From assembly GCA_947647275.1 (NCBI GenBank), contig CANSJQ010000002.1:192754-256753 (forward strand): 64,000 bases of DNA, written 5' to 3'. A model generated the notes under the pieces. It worked only from the letters and a program-made list of their open reading frames with translations, had not been told where the DNA came from and made no database searches. Below are positions 1 through 11,262 of the stretch, one piece after another. The position numbers were made by a program, and so were the translations under genes. How positions within the stretch are numbered: the first letter of the stretch is position 1; each line of letters opens with the position of its first letter. Origin of the DNA: an uncultured Clostridiaceae bacterium (GTDB lineage: Bacteria; Bacillota; Clostridia; TANB77; CAG-508).

Positions 1-186
1 TCCCCATATTGGTATAGGAAAAGTTAGTACATTACCTATAAATTCAAATATTTTTTTCCATATAGTAGTAAAGGCATTTTTAAAATCAACATTTTCAATT
101 TTTGATACAATAATAGGACATATTATATTAGCAAGAATAAAAATTACAACTGCAATAATTTTCTCTTTATATTTTTTTATTTTCAT
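1..186 (-). CDS. 5' part of a membrane protein, running off the left window edge
   Basis: GGAGG RBS, then ATG at 186 (MKIKKYKEKIIAVVIFILANIICPIIV...), open to position 1, with a hydrophobic N-terminal helix. Confidence 0.6.
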   Translation of the reverse strand, partial: MKIKKYKEKIIAVVIFILANIICPIIVSKIENVDFKNAFTTIWKKIFEFIGNVLTFPIPIWG

Positions 187-326
187 TTATAAGCCTCCAT
201 CAACAATAATAATATCATTATTATAGCATATAGTTCCTTATTTCACAACAAATTCACATTTATTTTGTATTTACACTTCATTTCCTAAAATAGAAGACAA
301 AAAGATGAAATTTTTTTGAATAGATG

Positions 327-365
327 GAAAAGAACTATACACTTATCTGAAGTATAGTTCTTTTC
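327..365. terminator. Intrinsic terminator after mobC
   Basis: GAAAAGAACTATAC...GTATAGTTCTTTTC inverted repeat. Confidence 0.7.
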
Positions 366-372
366 ATTACTA

Positions 373-783
373 TTATACTTTTTTATCACGATTTATCTCT
401 TGCCACATTTCCAAATCAAGTTTTTTAGTAATTAAATCTCGTATCTTAATTTGTATTTTATATATAGCTTTTGTTAAGTCTAAAAGTTCTTGTCGTTTGC
501 TTTCTGAAATTTGTGTAGCAAATTTACAAATATGTTTTACATCTTTAAGCATACTTTGAATTTCTTTATTACTTTCACAATATGCATTAAGAATCTCTTC
601 TTCTCCTTTTATTTTGTAATTAGTTACTCTTTCATAAATAGCTGCATCTCTGATATATGGTGCAAGTCTTCTATAACAATAATTGTGTGCTTTAGCTTCA
701 ATTAAACTTCTTTCTTCATCAGAAACCCATACTTTTATACTTTTTCTTCTCTGACTTGGATTTAAATATTGTCTCATAATCAA
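373..783 (-). CDS. mobC: MobC-like relaxosome accessory (ribbon-helix-helix) protein
   Basis: N-terminal RRKSIKVWVSDEERSLIEAKA...YIRDAA matches the MobC/RHH pattern; C-terminal coiled coil. Confidence 0.65.
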   Translation of the reverse strand: MIMRQYLNPSQRRKSIKVWVSDEERSLIEAKAHNYCYRRLAPYIRDAAIYERVTNYKIKGEEEILNAYCESNKEIQSMLKDVKHICKFATQISESKRQELLDLTKAIYKIQIKIRDLITKKLDLEMWQEINRDKKV

Positions 784-792
784 TCACCTCCT

Positions 793-1413
793 TTAATTCA
801 TTCCACAAAACTCATCATAAGCATATCCTGCTTCAATGTATTTTTCTGTTAATTCCATTTTGTATTCTTCTAATAATTCCAAATACTTTTGCTTGAAACA
901 ATTTTTACATAACCACTCTATAGCTTCTTTTGAAACAAGTAATTTATCATTATCATAATAAATAAACGTATTTCCTGAATTCTCTTTAGACATTTTCGCC
1001 ATTGCTCTATGTATTGTATCTTTCTTTCTATGAAAATAATTTTCTAAATCTGAAAAGCATACATCTTCATTCCATAATGGTTTAGAATTTACTTTTAAGA
1101 ATTCTTCATATACTTCTATTCTCATTTTGAAGAAATCTATATCAGCATCTATTTGTTTCTTTTCTGATTGAAAATATACATATACTAACCATAAATATCC
1201 TTCAAACAAGATATAGTATCTTTTACTTCTAATTTTTTCGCTTCTCCATCTACATGTAGGATGTTTCTTTATCATAACAGATATTGCCTTTCTTAAATCT
1301 TTATGACTTATCTCTTTTCCATTTTTGGTTTTAATATTTAGTATTTTAAATTTGTTGAGTATTTTCCAATAAGGTAAAAAGAAATTATCAAATTCATCCA
1401 TAACTACTCTCAT
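793..1413 (-). CDS. Hypothetical element protein
   Basis: 206-aa ORF with GGAGAG RBS, co-oriented with mobC. Confidence 0.7.
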   Translation of the reverse strand: MRVVMDEFDNFFLPYWKILNKFKILNIKTKNGKEISHKDLRKAISVMIKKHPTCRWRSEKIRSKRYYILFEGYLWLVYVYFQSEKKQIDADIDFFKMRIEVYEEFLKVNSKPLWNEDVCFSDLENYFHRKKDTIHRAMAKMSKENSGNTFIYYDNDKLLVSKEAIEWLCKNCFKQKYLELLEEYKMELTEKYIEAGYAYDEFCGMN

Positions 1414-1528
1414 ATTTTCTCTCCATTTCTAATTTTGTATTTTCTGAAATAGCGAAAGCGCATTTCAGAAAAGTTTGAGCAAATTTATTTGCTCCGAATA
1501 AAGTGGATTTTTTAGTGCCCTTTATTCG

Positions 1529-1578
1529 CAAGCATGGTGTCTTGACACCCTTTTTGCTTGTTAGGGAAAAATCCCTAA
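1529..1578. other. Putative oriT (nested inverted repeats upstream of the mobC operon)
   Basis: CAAGCA..GGTGTC-TT-GACACC..TGCTTG, followed by TTAGGGA-AAAA-TCCCTAA; resembles motifs upstream of mobC in Firmicutes ICE/IME. Confidence 0.5.
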
Positions 1579-1805
1579 TACCCTTTTGGACTCTCCGAGG
1601 GATATTTTTTGCTTACACATTTTTGTGATTTAATTTCAAAAATCAGGACAAGTTTGCAAACATTTTTTATTTTCTTGTCCTAATTTTTTTCTTTACTTTT
1701 CCAAAATTCTCTTCAAAACTTCAATTTGATTTTCTAATTTTTATTCTTTTTGTTTGTAAATTGTATTTAAAATAGATGTCCCCTTATCTATTTTTCATTA
1801 AAATT

Positions 1806-2012
1806 TTAACAAACTTTTTCTAGTGAATCTTTTTCTTTTTCACTTAAATAAATATCTAAAATTTCTTTTCTAAATAGAATTCTTTTTCCAACTCTGGAAC
1901 ATGAAATTTGTTTTCTTTTTACTAATTGTGTAATTAACCAATATGAAATTCCTAAATATTCTGCTGCTTCTTTTGCTGTTAAAGTTGTCCTTTGTATTCT
2001 TTCTGTCGCTAT
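1806..2012 (-). CDS. xis: Excisionase (HTH_17 family)
   Basis: LTAKEAAEYLGIS...RVGKRILFRKE motif; AGGAGGT RBS points to an ATA start at 2012 (the ORF track starts at 2054). Confidence 0.85.
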   Translation of the reverse strand: MATERIQRTTLTAKEAAEYLGISYWLITQLVKRKQISCSRVGKRILFRKEILDIYLSEKEKDSLEKVC

Positions 2013-2203
2013 GTTTTCACCTCCTTTAAATTTTTTAACAATTGTAGTTGACATGCAAAAATTATTATGATATTATTTCATCATACAATTGTTGTTTAAT
2101 ATTTTGATTGTATGGCTCTTTTGTATAATATATTTTTCTTAAAAGTAACCTGACAATTATAAAAAATATTTTTCAAAGGTTGTTTGTAGGTATTGGAGGT
2201 ATT

Positions 2204-3220
2204 ATGGCTTATTACAATATCATTTTTGATTTAAATAAAAATATAGAATGTTTATCGTTTCATCCTTTAATAAGTGGAGATGATTCGAATAAAAATTTTA
2301 AATTAACTAATGCATGTTTTGATAGAAATATAGGATATTTTGTATTAGATTTTATGAATACAGACTTTGAACAGGAAGAAAGTTTTTATAACTTTGTATT
2401 TAAATATTGCTTTGAAGATTTATTTTATAAATACACAAATAAAGTCAAAATTGATTCAAATAAATATCATGATAAAAATAATTCTTTATTGATAAAAAGA
2501 AGAGATTTAGAGGATATATTAAAAAATTTATATAAAGAATATTCTAATGATATGAATTCTATAAAAGACATTTTAGATGATATAATAATAGATACTGATG
2601 AAAGGATAGACATAGATACTCTATCAGAAGAAGAACTATATAAAGCAGTTCATAATGAAGAAGAATACTTAAAAAAATATACTATTAAAAATGAGGATTT
2701 TAGACTAGATTTCTTAGCTCCAGAAATAGATAATTTGAGATTAGATTTTGTTATGGATGAATTCTTTCCTTACAGTGTAGATGGTACATTAAGTGACAAT
2801 ATACCATATTCTTTTAAAAGTAATAATTACCTTAATATTTTATATATTTCACTAAAACAATTACTATATATGAATAATAATTTATCAATAAGAAAATGTG
2901 CTAATTGTGGCAAATATTTTATTCCAAAAACAATGCATGACACTAAATATTGTGATGAAATATTTAAATATAATAAAACTTGTAAAGAAATTGGAAGGGA
3001 ATTAGCTTTTAAAGAAAAATTAGATAAAAATCCATTATTAAAAACTTATAGAACTAGATATCAAACTCTTTCAAAACAAGCGGCAGAAAGAGATCATCAT
3101 GAAATGTATGAATACTTTAAAAAAGTAGGTCCAGAAGTCAGGAAGAAATACATAAATAATGAAATTACAGATGAAGAATTTCAGAACTGGATTGATAGTA
3201 CAAAAGTTAGAAAAAAATAA
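2204..3220 (+). CDS. DUF6076-like protein with a C-terminal Cys cluster
   Basis: IRKCANCGKYF...KYCD...TCKEIG motif; typical integrase-adjacent gene; GGAGGT RBS before ATG 2204. Confidence 0.7.
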   Translation: MAYYNIIFDLNKNIECLSFHPLISGDDSNKNFKLTNACFDRNIGYFVLDFMNTDFEQEESFYNFVFKYCFEDLFYKYTNKVKIDSNKYHDKNNSLLIKRRDLEDILKNLYKEYSNDMNSIKDILDDIIIDTDERIDIDTLSEEELYKAVHNEEEYLKKYTIKNEDFRLDFLAPEIDNLRLDFVMDEFFPYSVDGTLSDNIPYSFKSNNYLNILYISLKQLLYMNNNLSIRKCANCGKYFIPKTMHDTKYCDEIFKYNKTCKEIGRELAFKEKLDKNPLLKTYRTRYQTLSKQAAERDHHEMYEYFKKVGPEVRKKYINNEITDEEFQNWIDSTKVRKK

Positions 3221-3273
3221 ATTATATATATAAATCCTTGCCATTGGTATGCTGAAAGGAGGTGAAAAAAGTA

Positions 3274-4449
3274 ATGGCAGGGTATCTTGAAAAGAGAGGC
3301 AAACGCTCATGGAGATTAATTGTATCACATGGTTTTGACAGCTATGGTAACAGAATCAAATATACTAAGAGCATCAAAGCAAATAGTAGGCGTGAAGCAG
3401 ATAAAGAGCTTGTGAACTTTGTTTATGAAGTTGAAAATGGTATCGTTTTGCAAAACTCTTCAATGACATTTAAGGAATTTACAGACTTATGGGCTAAGAA
3501 TTATGGCAAAAAAGAATTATCACCAAAGACTTATGAAAGATATAAAGGAATGTTAAAATCACGAATTATTCCCTACTTTGGTCATTATAAGTTATGCAAT
3601 ATCAAACCAACTCACATTATGAATTTTTACGATTATCTTTCAAAAGATTATCAACTAAAAAGATGTAAAAATCATAATGGAAAAACTGTAATGAAAAGTC
3701 TATCTTCTAAAACAATACTAGAGCATCATCGTTTACTACATGCAATGTTACAAAATGCAGTATATTGGCAAATACTTCCCTTTAATCCAGCTGACAGAGT
3801 TAAGCCACCTAAACACCAAAGACCTCAAATTAAATACTATGATGATATCCAATGTAAACAATTATTAGAAGCATTAGAAAATGAAGAAATCAAATTTCAA
3901 GCTATTGTTATTTTAACATTGTTTACTGGTATGCGTAGAGGCGAAGTATTAGGCTTAGAATGGTCAGATATCGATTTTAAAGAAGGTTTTGTTAATATTA
4001 CTAAGGCAAGTCAATACACTTCTGAAAAAGGCATTTTCGTAAAAGATCCGAAGACACATAGTTCCATTAGAAAAGTTGGAATTCCAGATATCGTTATAAA
4101 TATGCTTAATAAATACAAAACTTGGTATGATGCTGAAAAAGAAAGATGTGGCGATTTATGGGAGGACTCAAACAGACTATTTGTTACTTGGAATGGTAAT
4201 CCAATGCATTCTGATACAGTTACAGATTGGTTTCGTTCTTTTATTGTAAAGAACAACTTACCAAAAATTACTTTTCATGGTTTGCGACACACAAATGCTA
4301 CTTTGCTTATATCTAAAAATGTAGATGTAGCAGTTGTAGCAGCAAGATTAGGGCATGCTCAAATAACAACTACCTTAAACTTCTATGTGCATCCAGTTGA
4401 AGCTCATAATAAAGAAGCAGGTCAAGTGTTAGAGAAAATGCTCGTATAG
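3274..4449 (+). CDS. int: Tyrosine recombinase/integrase
   Basis: TGMRRGE, FHGLRHT and RLGHAQITTTLNFY catalytic motifs; N-terminal arm-binding domain. Confidence 0.95.
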   Translation: MAGYLEKRGKRSWRLIVSHGFDSYGNRIKYTKSIKANSRREADKELVNFVYEVENGIVLQNSSMTFKEFTDLWAKNYGKKELSPKTYERYKGMLKSRIIPYFGHYKLCNIKPTHIMNFYDYLSKDYQLKRCKNHNGKTVMKSLSSKTILEHHRLLHAMLQNAVYWQILPFNPADRVKPPKHQRPQIKYYDDIQCKQLLEALENEEIKFQAIVILTLFTGMRRGEVLGLEWSDIDFKEGFVNITKASQYTSEKGIFVKDPKTHSSIRKVGIPDIVINMLNKYKTWYDAEKERCGDLWEDSNRLFVTWNGNPMHSDTVTDWFRSFIVKNNLPKITFHGLRHTNATLLISKNVDVAVVAARLGHAQITTTLNFYVHPVEAHNKEAGQVLEKMLV

Positions 4450-4555
4450 AAACTCTTTTCAAAATTTCTCGAAAATTACTTTTTTTAGATTTTCTAAGTT
4501 TAATATAAATTAGTAAGGCTAAAATATGCTATTTATTGCATAAAAATGTAGGGAC

Positions 4556-4574
4556 TGTCCCCAAATTGTCCCCA
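4556..4574. repeat. Tandem TGTCCCCA direct repeats, probable integrase arm-type sites
   Basis: Two 8-bp copies with 11-bp period between int and the tRNA. Confidence 0.45.
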
Positions 4575-4644
4575 CTTTTGTAAAAATAGATTTTTAGTCA
4601 AAAAAATAAGAGTCCACAATCTCTTGCGACTCTAGTTAATTCTT

Positions 4645-4720
<76 letters not shown>

Positions 4721-4895
4721 ATATATTAAATTGTGTTTTTTGTACTGCTTTATTAGTATAACCTCAAATATCTGATTTGTCAACCCTTTATGTGATTTTT
4801 TTCGTTTTTGGTTTTGCTACCTCATATATTATATGAAAAAATAAAGAAAAATATACCACATTTACCTATTTTATCAAATAAATGTGATATATAAA

Positions 4896-5516
4896 TTATT
4901 TATTTATCATTAACTCCATTCCACAATATTCACATGCCTTTACTTCTGTATCGTTTATGTGGTTTATTCCTCCGCAGCATTCACATTTTACTATGCGTTC
5001 ATGTTTTTTCTTTTCTACTTCTTTCTCTACTTTCCTTTTGTATATTATCTTTTTATTTTTATATTCTATTTCACTGTTACAAAGTCCAAGTAATATTGCT
5101 TTTGATATGTATTCGGTTGCTTTCTCTTCAGTTATTTTTAGTTTTCTTGCTATTTCTTCTAAACTTTCAACTTCTTGAAAGTTTATTAAATTTGCAATCT
5201 TTTCATATATTTTTCCTTCTTTTATATTCTTTGTTCCAAAATATATTAAAACAGCTCCTATGGCTAAGAATATTGAGACCATCACAATAGTTAAACCTAC
5301 TTCACCTGTTGGCTCATCTATTTCTGTTGCTGCCCCTATTAATCCAAAGAATACTGAGCATACACCTATTACTATTTTTGTTACTCCGCTAAATGTGAAT
5401 TTGTTTTTTGAATTATTTCTTAGTTTTAAATATAGTAGAATTAAACCTACTGGCCAGAAAATTATTAATGCTAATATTACTACTACCCATGATTCAGCTA
5501 ATTTTTTTAATTCCAT
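4896..5516 (-). CDS. Membrane protein with C-terminal zinc ribbon
   Basis: Three hydrophobic helices; CECCG...CEYCG. Confidence 0.75.
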   Translation of the reverse strand: MELKKLAESWVVVILALIIFWPVGLILLYLKLRNNSKNKFTFSGVTKIVIGVCSVFFGLIGAATEIDEPTGEVGLTIVMVSIFLAIGAVLIYFGTKNIKEGKIYEKIANLINFQEVESLEEIARKLKITEEKATEYISKAILLGLCNSEIEYKNKKIIYKRKVEKEVEKKKHERIVKCECCGGINHINDTEVKACEYCGMELMINK

Positions 5517-5578
5517 ATTTATTCCCCCTAATTTTATATTAGCATATTTTTTATAACTTTACAATACTAAAGTATTCG

Positions 5579-6184
5579 CTATTTTATATATATATAACTT
5601 TTAATATTATTAAACTTAGCATCTCCTATCCCACTAACATTTTTTAAATCTTCTAATTTACTAAACTTACCATTTTCTTTTCTATATGTAATTATTCTAC
5701 TTGCCATTGCAACTCCAATTCCTGGTAATTTTTGTAATTCTTCACTTGTAGCTGTATTTATATTAACTTTTAGTGTTTGCTTACTATTCTCAGTTTGTCC
5801 ATTTATACTACTCATAACATATTCCTTATCTTCTTCATCTTTTATACTTGGAATATATAATTTCATTCCGTCTTCTAATAAATACGCTAAATTAACCTTA
5901 GATAAATTTGCCTCTTTAGTTGCTCCTCCAGCTGCTTCTATTGCATCAATTACCCTTGTCCCTTGTATTAGTTTTACTATTCCTTCATTTACAATTTCCC
6001 CTGTGATATGTACAATAATTTCTTCCTTTTGTTCCTCTATATCATTTGTAATTTGCATTTCTTCATTTAAAACTTCTAAATAAGAATAATCTTTATTGTT
6101 ATTAAAATACATATATATACACACACCTATGATAATTACTCCTATTAATCCACATATTATTAAAATTTGTTTATAACTTTTTAT
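5579..6184 (-). CDS. comEA: Competence protein ComEA (SLBB + helix-hairpin-helix)
   Basis: VHITGEI..GIV.L..GTRVIDAIEAAGG; KVNINTAT.EELQKLPGIG; AGGAGGT RBS points to an ATA start at 6184. Confidence 0.92.
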   Translation of the reverse strand: MKSYKQILIICGLIGVIIIGVCIYMYFNNNKDYSYLEVLNEEMQITNDIEEQKEEIIVHITGEIVNEGIVKLIQGTRVIDAIEAAGGATKEANLSKVNLAYLLEDGMKLYIPSIKDEEDKEYVMSSINGQTENSKQTLKVNINTATSEELQKLPGIGVAMASRIITYRKENGKFSKLEDLKNVSGIGDAKFNNIKSYIYIK

Positions 6185-6264
6185 ATTAAAACCTCCTTTT
6201 TGGTATTGAATTTTCTCCATATATAATATATTATATAAACACATTATTATATAAAGGAGAAACT

Positions 6265-7591
6265 ATGAAATATTTAAAAAATATTGCAATTATTTTTATA
6301 TTATTAATTATTTTCTGTACCACCACTGTTTTTTCTACTGGTGCAGTTACATATACTGATGCTTCTAGTATTACAACATATTCACCTTGTTGTCTTCTAA
6401 TGGAAAGTAAAACTGGTAAGGTTATTTATGATAAGAAGGGTTATGAAAAAATGTACCCTGCTAGCACAACAAAAATAATGACAGCAATTCTTACTTTAGA
6501 ACATTGTGAGCTTACAGATGTAGCAACAGCAAGTTATGAAGCTGTTTTCACAGTACCTGTTCGGATATACTAATGCTAATATTCAAGTTGGTGAAGAACT
6601 TACAATAAATCAATTACTACATGTACTTCTAATTAATTCTGCAAATGAAGCTGCAAATATTTTAGCTGAACATATTGCTGGTAGTATAGAAAGCTTCGCT
6701 ACTATGATGAATACCAAAGCAGAAGAAATTGGTTGTTTAAATACACATTTTGTTAATGCTAATGGTGTTCATGATGAAAAACATTATTCTACTGCTTATG
6801 ATTTAGCAATTATGGGACAATATGCAATGAAAAATGAAACTTTTAGAGAAATTGTAGGTACTACATTTTATACACTTCCTGCTACTAACAAATATCCCTC
6901 AAATGATAGAGTATTTGGTACTACAAATGAACTTATTAAAAAAGATACTTCTGATAAGGTTGATAATTATTATTATGAATACACTACTGGGGCTAAAACT
7001 GGATATACTAATGCTGCTAAAAATTGTATAGTTGCAACTGCTAAAAAAGATGATATAGAATATATTGTAGTAATTTTAGGAGCTAGCACTACAGAAAATG
7101 GCCTTTCTGCAAGATATTTAGACTGTAAAACTTTATTTAATTATGCTTTCGAAAATTATACTGTTAAAACTATTAATGAAAAAGCTTCTATTTTAAAGAA
7201 AACTAAAATTGCAAAAGCAAATGGAGCTACTAAACATTTAAATGTTGTAGTAGAAGATGAAATATCTTTATTATTAAAAAAGGATACAAATATTAACTCT
7301 ATTACGCCTAATGTAGAACTTAACTCAAATTTGGAAGCACCTATTGCTGAAAATACGGTTATTGGTAAAATTACTTATGAAATAGATGGAAATACTTATA
7401 CGTCTAATCTGCTAGCTGGCTCAAATGTAATAGAATCAAATGCTTTTAATACATTTTTAACAATTACTTCAATAATTTTAGTATTGTTTTTATTATTTAA
7501 ATTGTTAAAATCTAATAATAATAAAAAGAAGAAAAAAAAGAGGAAGAAAAGTAGAAATTACTCTAGTAAAAGTAATTATTTATATTGGTAA
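6265..7591 (+). CDS. D-alanyl-D-alanine carboxypeptidase (peptidase S11), read through a +1 frameshift at CGGA 6562-6565 (joined ~441 aa)
   Basis: PASTTK (SxxK) in ORF1; SAN and KTG in ORF2; junction GTT-C-GGA-TAT restores ...VPVGYTNA... Confidence 0.9.
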
Positions 7592-7622
7592 AAAAAGAGG
7601 CAATATTAATAAAATTGCCCCT

Positions 7623-8975
7623 TTATTTTTTATAATCTTTTCCTATTATTATAGTAAAGTCAACTTTGTTATTACTTGAACTACTTTTTACGTTTTTTAT
7701 TTGTAACTGTTCTTCTAAGTCTTCTTCTACTATTGTAGATTGCATTGTTCTATTTATTATAACACTTTTTTCAGTCAAAGATGTATTTCCTGTCTTTGTT
7801 ACATTATATCCCGCGTTTTTTAACTTTTGCTTTACTTCTTCTAGTGCTGTTTCTGATGTAGTTCCATTTAATAATTCTACTTTAATTTCTTTACTTTTTT
7901 CTTCATCTTGGTTAGAAGTATTATTATTAATTGTGTTCACGTTTTCATCTGCTATTACCTCATCAGTGAATAATTCGTTTACTAATTGTTTGGTCTCTTT
8001 TTTGTTTGGTATATATATCCAAATTCCATTACATTTTTCATTAGTACCTGGAACCATTCCAGATTTAATGTTATTCATATCAAATTTAAATGCATATGGT
8101 ATATAATATTTTATTGTTTCCATGGTTAAATCTGTTTTTATATTATCAAATACAATGTTTAATAAATCCAATACTTTAGTAATATTTTCAAATTTGATTA
8201 ATTGTTTTAATGTAGCTTGTATAAATTCTCTTTGTGTTCTCATTCTTCCCAAGTCATTATCTCCATATTCTTCTGGATAACTTGTCCAATCTTGGTTATG
8301 TCTAAAACGTAATAATTGTTCTGCTTTTGCACCATCTATTAATTGTTCTCCTGCTTGTAGATGTATGTGTAAATTTTGGTTTGTGTCATCATAATTCATA
8401 TCTATTGGAACATTAAACCTTACTCCACCTATTGCATCTACTATTTGAACTATTGCTTCTGTGTCTATTAAAACATAATTATCAATATCTATTCCGACTA
8501 CTTCTTCTATTCTTTCTATTGCTTCTGGTATATTTGTTCCATTACGATATACTGAATTTACTTTGTAACTTGCTAAATAGTTTGAAGTTGCTGTATCTTT
8601 ATTTTTTTTACCCACATATGTATCTCTTGGAACTGATAGCATTGAAGCTTGTTGAGTTTGCGGATTATAAGATACAATCATGATACTATCTGTTAGCTTA
8701 TAATCATCTTCATAACCGCTTTCTCCTAATAATAATATATTTATTCTACCTACTGTTTTTAGCTTTTCTGGGTCTATACCTAATGCAGTAGCTGAAAGTG
8801 GATCATAATAACTTTCTCCATGTTTAAAAACATGTTTAAAATAGTTTATTCCAAACCATATTCCATAACCTATAACTATTAATATTATAATTAATAGAAG
8901 AATTCTTAAAAATACCTTTAATTTACTTTTTTTCTTCTTTTTTTTCTTATCTTTTGAATTTATATCCTTTTTCAA
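7623..8975 (-). CDS. LCP (LytR-CpsA-Psr) family protein with LytR_C domain
   Basis: INILLLG..LTDSIM..SVPRDT; DLGRMRTQ; VELLNGT C-terminal domain. Confidence 0.92.
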   Translation of the reverse strand: MKKDINSKDKKKKKKKSKLKVFLRILLLIIILIVIGYGIWFGINYFKHVFKHGESYYDPLSATALGIDPEKLKTVGRINILLLGESGYEDDYKLTDSIMIVSYNPQTQQASMLSVPRDTYVGKKNKDTATSNYLASYKVNSVYRNGTNIPEAIERIEEVVGIDIDNYVLIDTEAIVQIVDAIGGVRFNVPIDMNYDDTNQNLHIHLQAGEQLIDGAKAEQLLRFRHNQDWTSYPEEYGDNDLGRMRTQREFIQATLKQLIKFENITKVLDLLNIVFDNIKTDLTMETIKYYIPYAFKFDMNNIKSGMVPGTNEKCNGIWIYIPNKKETKQLVNELFTDEVIADENVNTINNNTSNQDEEKSKEIKVELLNGTTSETALEEVKQKLKNAGYNVTKTGNTSLTEKSVIINRTMQSTIVEEDLEEQLQIKNVKSSSSNNKVDFTIIIGKDYKK

Positions 8976-9144
8976 TTTATTTCACTCCTATTTTATTTGC
9001 ATAGAAAAAGTATAACAAAAAAGCAACTATATTTCAATATTTTTATATTATTTTTCACTTTAAATTCACAAATTAAGAAATTGTAAAAAATATATATTGT
9101 TAACAAAAAGATCAAAACGTTTATTACATTTTGATCCTTTTATT

Positions 9145-9802
9145 TTATAATACTATTTTTAATAATAAATTATTATTATATAACACACTTCCTACTATTG
9201 ATTTATTAATTGCTGTTATTATTCCTGAACTTTCAATTATAGGACTTATAAATGAAATTATTCCTAATATAATAAATATTATTAATAATGATTTTACTAA
9301 ACCATATATAAGTCCGACCTGCTTTGTCAAATTGTTTTATTAGTGGTAAATCTGTTATTATAGAAGATAGTGCACTTACAAATATTAATGCTATTCTTGC
9401 AATTATAAATAGACCAATTGCTACACATACATTTACAATTCCTATTGAAATTTCAGTTGCCACAGTATTTACTACTGTTATTTTTGTTTCATTTACAGTG
9501 TTTTCTATACTTTCATTTATGTGTTCTATCATAGATTGTGGTAAATTTGATTCTTCACTTATTCTTCCATTTTCTTCTACATCATCTTTAACTAAATTTA
9601 TTATTGAATTTTTAATATTATCATCTATTGTAGTATTTTTTACAATTAGAGTGCTTATTGGTTTGAATAATACAAATGCTATTGCTAATGCTATTACAAA
9701 AGATAATATTTTTATTATACATTTTGTTAATCCTTTCTTATATCCTAATATAACACAAAGTAAAACTATTGCTAAAATTATCAAATCAATTATTATAGAC
9801 AT
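9145..9802 (-). CDS. CvpA family membrane protein, read through a +1 frameshift at CGGA 9316-9313 (joined ~218 aa)
   Basis: IIDLII...GYKKGL N-terminus; junction GGT-C-GGA-CTT restores the FDKAGGLIYGLVK motif. Confidence 0.85.
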
Positions 9803-9817
9803 ATTTATTTCCTCCTT

Positions 9818-11008
9818 TTAAATATTTACTATTTCTATTTTATTTCTATATACTATTCCTGCAAAATTGTTAGCCATTACTATTTTTCTTATTTCTTGAC
9901 TGGAAATGTATCTTTTAATTAGCCATCCATTTGTGCTTATGAAATTTACTTCTGATCCTAAATTTATTGCTATTTTATCATTATAACTATACATTTTTCT
10001 TGGCACACTATCTAATGTATATATTCTTGTCTTTCTATTTCCTGTATTTAACATTTCTATACTTGTTTCATTACTTAATAACGATGATTTTTCTATAACT
10101 CTATACATATAGTTAGTAAGCTCTATATCTGCAAAGCTTATTCTTTTTCCCTCTTCTACAAAATTAAGAACTTTTTCGTTTGTTTCTCCTTTTATTATAT
10201 TTATTCCATCATCACTCATATATACCAATTTATTTCCTTGTTGATATTTTATATTTGTTATTAATACACCTTTTTCATCTAAATATTTGTATACTTCTGA
10301 TTCTGAAGGAGTTGTTTTGGCTTTTGGTATAGATATTACCTTTATTATAGATTGTAAAGCTGTACCACTAGTATTTAACTCTAAAAATGCTAAATATTGG
10401 TTATCAAAAGATATGTCTACATCAACTGCAATTGTTGTTGATAAAAACTGCTTAAACAGCTCTTTGCCTTCTGAATCAAATATTTGAATTACAGATTTGT
10501 ATGTTGTTCCAGATAAAATAACGGCTACATATCCATTTTTATTTACACATATTTTGCTTATTTCTCCTTCTAAGTCTTTTTGCCAAATAAGTTCATTCCC
10601 TGATACCAAATAAATTTTATTTTTTTCCTTTTCAGCTATTAATAAAAATCCGCCATTAGTTGCTGTAATTGGAGTACTTATTTCTACTGTTAATTCTCCA
10701 TCTAACTTACCTGAGGAATTATAATTTTTTAATGTATTTTTACTTAACACTGAAATATATTTATCATACGCAAAAATGTTATTTGTTTCATCTTCATTAA
10801 TATCAATTGAAGATGTGCTATCCTCTATTACATTTTTCATTAATATATACTTATCAACCATATCTCTAAATGTTCTATTTGTACAATATATAATAAATAA
10901 TATTACTATAATAAATACTACTATTCCTATTATAGAAGCTATCATTACTCTTTTTTTATTTAACTTTGTTTTAATATTTTCATCTTCTATTCCAATTATT
11001 TTCATCAA
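9818..11008 (-). CDS. DUF5711-like membrane-anchored beta-propeller protein
   Basis: N-terminal TM helix and beta-rich repeats; adjacent to cvpA. Confidence 0.65.
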   Translation of the reverse strand: MMKIIGIEDENIKTKLNKKRVMIASIIGIVVFIIVILFIIYCTNRTFRDMVDKYILMKNVIEDSTSSIDINEDETNNIFAYDKYISVLSKNTLKNYNSSGKLDGELTVEISTPITATNGGFLLIAEKEKNKIYLVSGNELIWQKDLEGEISKICVNKNGYVAVILSGTTYKSVIQIFDSEGKELFKQFLSTTIAVDVDISFDNQYLAFLELNTSGTALQSIIKVISIPKAKTTPSESEVYKYLDEKGVLITNIKYQQGNKLVYMSDDGINIIKGETNEKVLNFVEEGKRISFADIELTNYMYRVIEKSSLLSNETSIEMLNTGNRKTRIYTLDSVPRKMYSYNDKIAINLGSEVNFISTNGWLIKRYISSQEIRKIVMANNFAGIVYRNKIEIVNI

Positions 11009-11262
11009 AAACTCCTAACAATTTTATTCAAATTTATTTTATAGTAAATATTAAATTTTGTAAACAAAAATTATAAATTTTAATTAGTGATTCTAAAATC
11101 TTATTTAATAATTAATAAAAATAAAAATAAGGTATTTACAAATATCTTATTTTTATTTTATAATATTAATAATAAAATAATTAATAATAAATTAAAACCT
11201 TAATGGTAACAATAAATATTAATAATTGTTTTAGTTTATATTTAGCAAAGGGGAAAATAAAG

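Noticed and set aside
1620..1790. Possible decayed ORF between xis and oriT
   Set aside because: Multiple stops and no clear start; cannot be assigned.
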